64,000 nucleotides of DNA, taken from positions 62,001 through 126,000 of the forward strand of contig CAJINV010000020.1 in the NCBI GenBank assembly GCA_905178155.1. Reading direction: 5' to 3'. Source of the stretch: Amoebophrya sp. A120. Taxonomy: Eukaryota > Protista > Dinoflagellata. A program made the translations under genes and the position numbers. The notes under the pieces are model-generated. The model was not told the DNA's origin and did not search any database. It saw only the letters and a list, made by a program, of their open reading frames with translations. Positions 37,401 to 46,899 of this stretch are shown piece by piece (the stretch's first letter is position 1; each line of letters starts with the position of its first letter).

Positions 37401-40400
37401 TCTGCAACAAGCTGCTCACGAGCACGTTGACAGAGATTAGAGAGGGGAGCAGACAGAATTCCGAAATTGTTAGGTTGTACACTTGTTCTATTAATTCAGC
37501 ACCAGAAAATTGTTCCATCGACCTGTAGACGTAAAGTTACCTTGCTCGACCTCTTGCAGGGTTACAATGTCTGCGGCGATGGAGCGAATCTCCTGCAGGA
37601 TTATATCCCACGAAGAAACTGCTTCACTGTGGTGATTTTGCAAGATCTGCATCACAAGTTTGTATACACATGACACAGAAAATTTGCCATGCGCGCTTCC
37701 CAAGGGAAACGCTTGATGAAAATCCAATGTCTTGCAGGTGTAGCAAGGCAAACACTTTGGTGTTTCGTTTTCTGCATTACAAGTTCACAGTGAAACAGTT
37801 TTTTCTTGCCATAAATCAGGTGCTTTCGGTAATCCCAAGCGAGCACCCAGGGTTCCGCGTAGGGGTATTGAGCTTCGTTGCAATACTGATCGGCAAGGAT
37901 GTTCCAATTCATCAACTGTGAATTTTTTTTTGATGAACTAGTAAAATGGTACAACTTTCTTACAACTTCAACTAAGTACAAACTGGCGTCCGCCCGCTAA
38001 AAGCATCTGCATACTCATTCGACGTTCTTGCTGGATGAAAAGTAGGGAAAATGATCAACATGCATAATTACGACGGCGATACGATGAAAACTCATACCTT
38101 GAACTGTTGATGAAGCCAGGCCCCGTCCATCGAATAAGCTGTCATCATCGACCGGGTCCTGGCTTCATGGGGTTTGTCCAGCACCGTGCCCGTGATGATG
38201 CTTTTGCTCTCCCCTGGTTGCTCCTCCCCTTCCGGCCGCCAGGGGACAACCTAAAATAAACATGGTATTACATTTTTCCGCTTGTAGTTAAGTTAAGAAC
38301 AACAACAATCTCAACCTCATGGAGTTTTGCCGTGCGGTTTCTTGTCCTTCACTTCTTTACCTCGAAGGCATTAAACCATACTTCGTGCAACAGAAAAAGC
38401 ATCATGTACGTCCAAACGCAGAGGGTGGCCGACGTCGCGTAGCGTTGGGATGTATTTCTTCTCTGTGCCAACAACCTCCCAAGTGCCTTTGCTGTACACC
38501 ACGTGAGCCCAGAAGTCAGCTGTTTTTGATAGTATGAACAAAAGTAAAAACTTTTTTTCATCATGTTCTTTTATACGTGGACGAAGAAAACTTACAGAAC
38601 TACACACAACCGAGACCAACAACAACAAAAGTAAATCTAATTATACAAGGTTCCGCGCACTCCGCCAGTCCCAAGGCACGAATGTCCGAGGTGGCCAGGG
38701 CGGAGCGGCACGACCACCCCTTGATGAGACATTCCTTGGAGCAGTAGGTCTGGTAGTTCTTCTCGATGGCCTGGAACCGGCCCATCTTGTGCGGGTGAAA
38801 TATCGTGAGAAAAAAGTGTTACAGTTACACACTCTCGTGCAAGACAAGCAAGACAGACAAGCCCTGTCATGCAGGAAACGCGTGCCAGCCTCATTTCTTC
38901 TCTTATAGTCTGCGCATTACAAGTTTTCTTCATCTTCGCCATGCAGAGCAAATTTGTGATGCTAAAATTCCAACACATGTGTAACTGTATCACTTTTTTC
39001 CTTGGATATGAAAGTAGCAGCTTTTGATCCTCGGTCCCCGGCTCCAGATGTACGAAACCAGCCCCTCGCGTTCCTTTCCCGTTTTGTCCTCGAAGGGAAT
39101 GGTCTTTGCCTCCCCGGGCCGCGATATGTCCTGGAGCGCGACGTAGAGCGGAATCTCGTGGGCCACCACCGGCCGGTGCCCTTTTGTCAGCTGCACCCGT
39201 GTCGCCCGCACCGGCGCGCGGTCGCCCGGCGGCGGCTTCTCCTTCGCCCGCGCCATGGGGTCTACTAGAGACGCTGTACTAGAGGAAGACACAGCTCCGG
39301 TTGTAGTCGTCCCTTGCAGATGTATCATATGAAAAAACGTCCCCACCCCGTAGTCAAGTTGGGAACTTAGCAACACAAATCCAGAGGTTTTGGGATCCAC
39401 GCATGACAAGTTGCAGTCCGTAGTCTAGTGCATGTTAGCAAGGACAACCGAATCACAAACCCATCTGCTTCTGCTGTTTACAGCATTACAAATTCCAGAA
39501 GGCGATTGGAAATACCTCTCATGGAGATGCGCATTGCAAATCTTACTGTAATCGCAAATCTGCATAACAACTATGGGGTAGGGATGTTTTTACTCAGGAT
39601 AAGATGCTGATAGGAGCCCGCGGACGGGGATGCGCCCCCGACGTATCAAGAGGAAAGATTCCCCCTCCCCATATCGAGACGAAGTTTCTGATGCTGGATT
39701 TCCGTACACAAATCAGATTTGTCTTGCAGTAGAGGACTGCGGGCATATGTCAAGCCTCGGCCGAGAGGTTTTGACGTAGGCGCCTAGCATGACAAACGTG
39801 TATGCTCTAAGCCCAACAGCATCACAAACCGCCTGCAAAATGCAGGGGGCTCTCTGGACTTGCCTTCTTGCAAGACAGACAAGATTTGAGGTCACAAATG
39901 TGCATCACAAATTTTCAGACGGATGCGTTTTCAATATGGGGAGGGGGGATTTTTCTTTACGATACGACGTCCTGGAGAAGTTGTGCGGTCGAAGTACTGC
40001 AGGATATCGTGGACGGGGCCTCGCTGATGTTGCTGCTGTACTTGTTAAAGTTGTTGGACGCTTGGCTGCCGCCCCCATGCGTCGAACCTCCTTGCTGATT
40101 TTGCGATATGCCGCGCTCGAGCAGCATGGACGAGGACGTTTTGATGTTGAACTTGAGGCTTTGCAAAATGTCCACCGGCGGCGACTGCGCCCCGTTACTA
40201 TTGATGTTGCCGTTTGTTGTTGTTGCACTAGTTCCGTTTCCGGGCAGGAGATGTGTGTTATTTCCTGAAATTGTGGTACTTGCTGATGTTGTGGAAGTTC
40301 CTGGACCTGGACCGGCACCGGGTATGTTGATCGGGTTATTTGCATTATTTCCCCCGTTGCCCGGAGGTCCTCCTCTTGTTCCACCGGCGGAGAGGTTGAT

Positions 40401-40746
40401 GTGATTATCGACGAGAGCGCCCTTTTTAAGATTCGTGCCTCCGTTCGATGACGCGGTGCCTTGACCTCTCGTCGAAGCCGAGGCACTGGTGCTCGATGAA
40501 CAGCTGCTGTCTATCACAGGAAAAAGTGTTAACGTTATACGGTTTTGTTTCATTCATAGATTGCAAAAATGCATGACAAATTTTGCCTAGCATGCATGCT
40601 AAGCATCACAAATTCAAATTTTGGCACGGTTTATTGGGATGCATTTCTGTATCACAAATTCCGTTAACGTTAACACTTTTTCCTGTGATACTCTCCTCGC
40701 TGGTATCATGACTGCTAGCCGAGGAGGTGTGGGGGTAGTTATTCAT
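31472..40746 (-). CDS. CCR4: CCR4-type deadenylase (EEP domain; no LRR seen, Cys/His N-terminal domain) with PAM2 motif and long low-complexity tail; 9 introners plus canonical introns
   Basis: WNILADQY...YPY...LAWDYRKHLILQEI...ADIVTLQEV, EGCATFWK, CNTH, CGDFNSTP, YTNYTENFKGTLDYVWFS, PSDHIAL; frame continuous after element removal. N- and C-terminal extents depend on these joins. Confidence 0.9.
33678..33983. mobile_element. Introner, family B-like
   Basis: Imperfect TIR; flanks acgtg/acatg; removal gives QSH(T/M)SQIPQLMAQQ. Confidence 0.82.
34501..34763. mobile_element. Introner, family A
   Basis: TIR; flanks ttttc/ttttg; removal gives FLR(Q/E)NGEKRKK. Confidence 0.9.
35536..35854. mobile_element. 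Introner, family B
   Basis: TIR; flanks cacgg/cgcgg; removal gives SENRAKALAAKK. Confidence 0.87.
36032..36283. mobile_element. Introner, family A
   Basis: TIR; flanks cgcga/cgcga; removal gives LLAVLAISKVD within the CCR4 catalytic domain. Confidence 0.94.
37604..37813. mobile_element. Introner, family E-like (GAARAAACTGYTTCACTGTG)
   Basis: TIR; flanks gatta/aatca; removal gives the conserved YRKHLILQEI. Confidence 0.85.
38801..39008. mobile_element. Introner, family E (TATC..GAAAAAAGTGTTA TIR)
   Basis: TIR; flanks tgaaa/tgaaa; removal gives SCYFHPHKMG. Confidence 0.92.
39323..39601. mobile_element. Introner, family B2
   Basis: TIR; flanks agatg/agatg; removal gives SYQHLQGT. Confidence 0.9.
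39644..39964. mobile_element. Introner, family B (opposite orientation to 2652-2973)
   Basis: TIR; flanks cgacg/cgacg; removal gives LQDVGGASP. Confidence 0.93.
40512..40690. mobile_element. Introner, family E
   Basis: Perfect 25-bp TIR tatcacaggaaaaagtgttaacgtt; flanks ctgtc/ctctc; removal gives TSE(E/D)SSCSS. Confidence 0.9.
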
Positions 40747-42646
40747 CGCCTGATCCTCACTCAGTTGCCGCGTCCCGTGCCGCGGCAAGAAACGACCCGA
40801 TGTCTTCTTGGAGTTCGTGTTTGACTTTGAAGAAGTTGTTCTAGAAGTTTTGTTGATACGGGTTTAGTTGGTGACGAAGAAAGATCTTGCACAACTTGTT
40901 CATCATTCGACGTGAACAGCACGGCGACGATATTCCACTCAGGAATCTATCGTATCTTCATCTTTTTCGCCGATTTTCCCTATAGAAATAGCGACCTGAC
41001 TACACGGTGCTGGCTCACGAGACGTAGCTGCGGTCGACGGAGCTGGTCCAAGGTTGCGGAAAGCACCAGCGCCCTGCAGGATGAGGACGAAGCAAGAAGC
41101 TTTCTAGTGGCGGTGCTCCACGACGACCGTGCAGCCCTGCCCCTGCTGCTCTACTTGTTCTCGCTACTGGTTACGGCTAGGAGTACAGTACATCACCAAC
41201 CTCGCTGCTCCTGCTGCTGCCCCCGAGGCTGTATGTCGCACTCAAAACTTGGCAAGCCACGGCAGACGCAGCCTCGGCCAGCAAACTGCAGCGCGCGGAA
41301 GACGATGATCCTCCGGCTCCGCAAATCTGCCCGACAACTCGTATCGGAAATACCACTTCTCCCCGGCTGGAAGAGGCGGTGTGGGGAGTTGAAGATATCA
41401 AAAAAAATGTAAAAAAGTTTTTTTGTGGTTTTTTGGTTTTTTGTCTTTGCTCAACAAGTTGTGTACAGGGTTTGTTCTTATTGTTTCGTTTGAATCGAGG
41501 GACGACGCCAATGTCAAGACAATTGCAGCTCCTGCGTAGTTGGTCCTGGCCAGCTAGCAGCGGCACACAGAAAGAGGTGCCCAAACTCCTGCACCGATGA
41601 ATTCTTCGTGGTGCCGGAAAAGAATCGCCGACCAATGAAGAAGGGTCGTGGAGGTCTTAGAAGATTCCAGCCCGAAGAGTCGGCACAAGAGGAGCAGATG
41701 ACATCGTGTCAATGATCAAAATAAATCTGCTTCAATCTTCTACAGTTCTTATTTCTCTGGAGTCTACTTCTTGAAGATGTTCCGGACATTCATTTTTGCC
41801 AATCTACTATCCCTAAGACAAATATTTTTACCTCCCGCGACGAGACTTTCTGAAGCCGTGTTTTTCGCAGTCAGAGCGTCGCGGCTTGAAGAGACAAGTA
41901 AGAAGCTGTATCTGCTCTTAGCAGTCCTGATGTACTTTCACTTCAATTCCGTTCTCAAGTTTTTGTACCTTAGCGTGATTTTGAAAGATGAAGAGTAAAA
42001 GCTGTAAATGCGTCAGCTAGACAGTTGTTGTTCTCGTGCCTTGGTATTCGAGCATTCAAATTAGAACTCGCCACGTTTGATGGTTGTACTACGTTGCTGA
42101 CGCTGCTGGTTTTTGAGGAAAGCTTTCACTCCGCATTCTTTTGCTCGTTGCGCTGGCAGCTACTGCAACCAGAAAGTACTTAATGTTGAAAAGTCGACTT
42201 CGCATCTTTCTTCATACAAACAGCGTTTTCTTCTCCAACTGAAGCTGCATCACGCATGGTGTAAGTATTTTTAGAGGTTAGTCTCCATGACCATGGCCTG
42301 GCGCGACTTAGGCAAATACTGTCTTTCTCAGGTTTGAACCGGTGCCGTCTAAGTCTAGTACTTTGACTCGTTGATAGCATTGCACACTGAGTGTTGGATC
42401 ATTTCCAGGCGCTAGTATAAAGGCCGCACCGGTTGCAGCATCGGTATTGCCATCTAGCAGGCACTTCAGTACTCTTCGCAGAGACAAGTATTTTTGACGA
42501 TGCTGTTCCCGCCCTGGCTCTTGCACTTCTACTTCTTGATGCACATAGTTTAGAAGATAGAAGAACAAGAATCATCTTTATCACCCGGGACAATTGCAAC
42601 TATCGTGACGCATGGAACACTCGAGGATCATCAGCAGCAAAGCAGG

Positions 42647-45448
42647 TCAAAGCAAAGCATTAGATGCCATGCCGTCTAGCCGCAACAACATCGAGGCTAC
42701 AGTAGTATTACACGCTGGCGATCTAGTGCAAGAATCCGCCACGTGCTGCAAAAATGCTGTAATTTCTTCAACCAAGAAGGCAGAGGTTTGTTGCTCCTCT
42801 ACTTCGGGAGAAGTTCCAACTTGATGTTCCTTTTTGATACTGGAAAATGTTGAGTCATCCTCGTTCTTGACATCTTCATGCTGTCCAACGAATTCCTTAA
42901 CATTCTGCGCTTGTTCTTCTTGGGAACCACTTTTTTTAGCTGTTTTTAAAGTTCTTGTCCACCGTTCCAGCGTCGCGAGGATCAGCCCTCTCGCACACAA
43001 CAGACCCTCGCTGTCCCCGGGCATCTGTTGAATCAGGTCCTGGTGGTGCGCCGCGCCAGGGACTGGAAGGATCTTGACTACGTCATTGTGCTCGTTTTTC
43101 TGGTAGAAACAAGACGAGGAGGTCGAAGTGTTCGATGTTGCATTCTTGGTGGAACTTATTTCGTCGCCGCGCTCGCGAAGGTTTTTGTGCGTGTAGACGT
43201 GCCGCATCAGACTGGCACTTCTTTCGGAATGTTCGTCAGAATTTGCTGCTGTATCAAATTCGAAACTTCCGACCCGCCAGGGGTCAAATTCGCCGTCAAC
43301 AATGATCGCCTTTGTCAGTGGCAGGTTCCTCCCGATGTCGCGGGACCCGTAGTGCACCGGCAGAAAATCCGGACGCGTGTAGACATTGTACACCTCTTTG
43401 CAGGTTTTTTTCAACTGCTCCAGTGCGGCGAAGGTTTCTGGCGGGTAAAAACCCAGAAAGTCGGAGGTTAGCGGCTGCATCGGGAGCTCGGAGCACGCCT
43501 GCACGTTCCACGGCTCCATTTCCAGAACTTTATCAACGTCCTTTACTATATCAGCCGAAGCGGAAGTTGTAGATGCAGAATTTAATTTGCTGTCGTGAAT
43601 AAAATCTGTTCTCCCGAGCAGTTCCCTGGTCGTATTCTTGCAGAAATCCGTCCCGACGTACACGTCCACAGCGGCGGCCAGCTGCGACAAGAGTGTTTCT
43701 TTGTCAGCGGTTTCAGCTTCAGCTGCCTTGGTGTAGTTCTTTTTCGCAGGATCACGTTCTTGATCAGAAGGAAGTACATCGAGATCCTTCGCCTTCCCCG
43801 AAGCAGTAGATGACGTAGAAGTATTAAACGAACGACCACCTACCAGCGCTTCACACGCCACCTTCACGGGATCCGCCGGCAGTGGTTTCGTGAGGAAAAA
43901 GGGAAACGGGTAGTTCTCCATAGCGAGGGTGGACAGCGCGCCCTTGACGTAGTAGTACAATTGCGCGGTATTTGGGCTCTTTTCGCAGGTACGAAAAATC
44001 TTCGCAAGATCCAGCGTTTCTGTGGACAAGTGCTCGGATGTTGGCGGTAGTATTGTTTTTCCTCTTGCACCACTACCGCTGGTCAGCATGATTTCTGGCG
44101 GAAAGACTAGATATGATTCAGGCTTTGCCTTTATTGCCTCTTGTTCTTTCTTCCTCGTCGCGACGACCAGCTTGCCGAGCACGTCCACACTTTTCAGCAG
44201 TGCGGACTGGTACGCAGCACCGCCGGCAAGCAGAAACGTGTGCACCACGGCTTTCCAGAATGACAGGGACTTGGAGATAATTTTCACATCGGTGCTCTCG
44301 TGCTGGGAGTGGTGGTCAACAACAGCACCATCTTCCCCGGCACGACCCCCTGCGTCCTCCTCGCTGCCTTCGCTGTGGTCCGTCTCTGTCGCACCATCCC
44401 CGGTTTTCTTAGGAATTATTACACCACTTAACGACGTTTTCGCGTCCTTATTTTGTACAACGCGCACCGCTCCGGCGCCAGTATAAGAATCCTCGCCCGG
44501 GACGAGATCTTCACCAGGACGAGAGGTCTTGCTGCTGACCAGACCTGTTTTCGAAACCCTCGTAGTTCCTACTCCTGCATCAGATGACCCGCTCAACGCT
44601 GCCGCATACGGACGAGGAGTTGTTCCGGAGAGGCTGTCGCTCCCCGTTCCCCCTGCTAACGCTTTGGAGGCACCACGACCAGTGGTCCGCCCACTAAGAC
44701 CAGGGTAGAAGTCCACCGGCGCGCTGGACAGGACCGCCCCGCTCGTCAGGTGCGGATACTTGACGCGAAACCAGCCGGCAAGCATGCCCCCATAGCTGCC
44801 GCCAAACACAAATACGGGACTGCCAACCGCGTTTCTCTTCTTTTGGAAGAACACGAGAAATCGCGCGTAGTCCGCCAAAGCTTGCTCGATCGTCAGTAAT
44901 TTGGTGGCATTCGTGTTTGTTTTTATTTTTGTTCGGTCGATTGTATAATTATAGAGGTAGTTCTTCTTGTCAGCTTCTTCTTGGTCTCCTGCTCCTTGTC
45001 CGAAAACTGCAGAGTTGTTGTCCAGAGTAGACTGCCCGTACCCACGGTGTTCGACGAAAAGAATTAAGGCCTTCAATTTTGGTCCGATACTGGAGAACAG
45101 CACGGAGGTGTCCTTGTAAAACCGGTCGATAGGGCCCTCATTCCCCAGGTAAAAAAGAATGGGGCCTTCATCCAAAGCCCAAAACCCGTCGTAGACGAGG
45201 TATCGTTGGTTAAAAGTCGTATCTGTATCGAAGGTAAAGTGGTCCTGCAACTGCGGAAAAAATCCCACTTCGGTCGGTTTTGGAACTTCGGTCGATGAGG
45301 TTTTGGCCTCCCCGGAGGACAAGCTAGTACTCGGGAGCGCCGCCCCTGCTGGTAGCGAGCAGACACACAACCGCGGTAATAAGCCGATGAAACACACAGA
45401 AGATGAATAAGGCACAAGTAACAACGGTCCACGCGTGGATGGCCTCAT
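42647..45448 (-). CDS. Serine peptidase family S28 (lysosomal Pro-X carboxypeptidase/DPP2-like), intronless
   Basis: QLQDHF...FNQRYLV, GPILFYLGNEG, EHRGYGQS, EQALADYA, GGSYGGMLAGWFRVKYPH, DPW, AAHHQDL; N-terminal signal-like segment. Confidence 0.93.
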   Translation of the reverse strand: MRPSTRGPLLLVPYSSSVCFIGLLPRLCVCSLPAGAALPSTSLSSGEAKTSSTEVPKPTEVGFFPQLQDHFTFDTDTTFNQRYLVYDGFWALDEGPILFYLGNEGPIDRFYKDTSVLFSSIGPKLKALILFVEHRGYGQSTLDNNSAVFGQGAGDQEEADKKNYLYNYTIDRTKIKTNTNATKLLTIEQALADYARFLVFFQKKRNAVGSPVFVFGGSYGGMLAGWFRVKYPHLTSGAVLSSAPVDFYPGLSGRTTGRGASKALAGGTGSDSLSGTTPRPYAAALSGSSDAGVGTTRVSKTGLVSSKTSRPGEDLVPGEDSYTGAGAVRVVQNKDAKTSLSGVIIPKKTGDGATETDHSEGSEEDAGGRAGEDGAVVDHHSQHESTDVKIISKSLSFWKAVVHTFLLAGGAAYQSALLKSVDVLGKLVVATRKKEQEAIKAKPESYLVFPPEIMLTSGSGARGKTILPPTSEHLSTETLDLAKIFRTCEKSPNTAQLYYYVKGALSTLAMENYPFPFFLTKPLPADPVKVACEALVGGRSFNTSTSSTASGKAKDLDVLPSDQERDPAKKNYTKAAEAETADKETLLSQLAAAVDVYVGTDFCKNTTRELLGRTDFIHDSKLNSASTTSASADIVKDVDKVLEMEPWNVQACSELPMQPLTSDFLGFYPPETFAALEQLKKTCKEVYNVYTRPDFLPVHYGSRDIGRNLPLTKAIIVDGEFDPWRVGSFEFDTAANSDEHSERSASLMRHVYTHKNLRERGDEISSTKNATSNTSTSSSCFYQKNEHNDVVKILPVPGAAHHQDLIQQMPGDSEGLLCARGLILATLERWTRTLKTAKKSGSQEEQAQNVKEFVGQHEDVKNEDDSTFSSIKKEHQVGTSPEVEEQQTSAFLVEEITAFLQHVADSCTRSPACNTTVASMLLRLDGMASNALL

Positions 45449-46899
45449 TTTCTTTTTCGTCGTGCGCTTTTGCTTTGATAACTTAATATCACAGAGGGCA
45501 TATGAAATTTAGGAAACAGAAAACACCCCGCCTTGGCCTTATCATTCAGGATGAAATAATACTCTGCTTATTCTTGAAAAAGCGCGACACTACGGCTTCT
45601 TCTAGTCTTAGTGAGGACACTACTAGAAACATAATCGCCTGTAGTTGTAGTCCCTGTAGCAGCCTGTCTGTCAGGCTCGTCACCTATTTCGACGTGAGTA
45701 GAGCATTCTTCTGAACACTGATCTGTCGCGTTGTAAGTTCTTTTCGGACAAAATTGAACAAACTTTGTTGGAGCTATCTCAACTACGTCACGTCGCACCA
45801 TAATATCCCGTTCATGCTGTGATTCAGTTCATTCATCGTCATGCAGCTGTGTGTTTCCCTTAATAAGAGGCACATTGATTTACTTTTGATTTGATTCTAC
45901 TTTTACTTATATGCCATGTAGTCCCCAAAAACTTGCTTCGTCTGCGATCCTAAATAACAGGGAACCTCACGCCGTTTCAACGAAACGGCACGAACCGCGA
46001 TATTGAAACCGTATCATTCACCGTCTGAGTATTGGTTTAGGGAAAATGTCAAAGTGGCGTCAGCAAGAGAAACACATTTTGCGATGAAGTGCATAAGGAG
46101 GATCCTTGCTCGCACCTGCTAAACTATACAGAATAAATCTTGCGACACTACTATGATACATAAAGCTTTACATGCTTCTATCCGGTGCTATAATTTTTCA
46201 GTTTAACTTTAAGCTACACACATTCACATTCTTCAAAACGCTGCATTTATTTTCCACCCGATAGATTCAAGTACATTTACAACCCTAACCAAAACTCGAA
46301 GTTACAACATAGTTTTTTCCCCGAATTTTCACGCCGCAGCCGAAGAGGGCGAAAACCATCTTCAACTAGTACACCAACTTGCGTTAATAAAGAAATTGCT
46401 TTCATCTATTATTGCGTCGTTCGATTTTTTGTGTCTTTCTCTTTTCCCGCAAGAAATCTCTGCTGGAGAACGAGAACGCAAGCCAGAAGGAAAAACATAT
46501 AACTTACCACCAAAAGGCTTTGAAAATGAAAGAATTCATACCGCACACACACGTGCAGTCGGTCTTCACGGCATTAATCATACATTCCCACACTACCTAG
46601 CAAAGACCAACAATTATCTAAAAATTCGAATTGCAGCAATCGTGGTACACTATCAACAAAATCTATCATCCACTACGCTCCTCTATGCTCGAAAAATCAT
46701 GCATTCGATGAAAAAGTTCTCCTTGTCTGGAGGCTTGCTTCTACGGAAGGTTGTTCTTTAGATTTCTATTCGTCATCGCTCGTCATGTCATGATGGTAGC
46801 CGCAATGCAGAATTTTTACTGACATCACGCACATATCAACAAATTTATTGCCTTTTTCCCCTGACAATATGCGAATACGAATAGGTGTAGATATATTGC

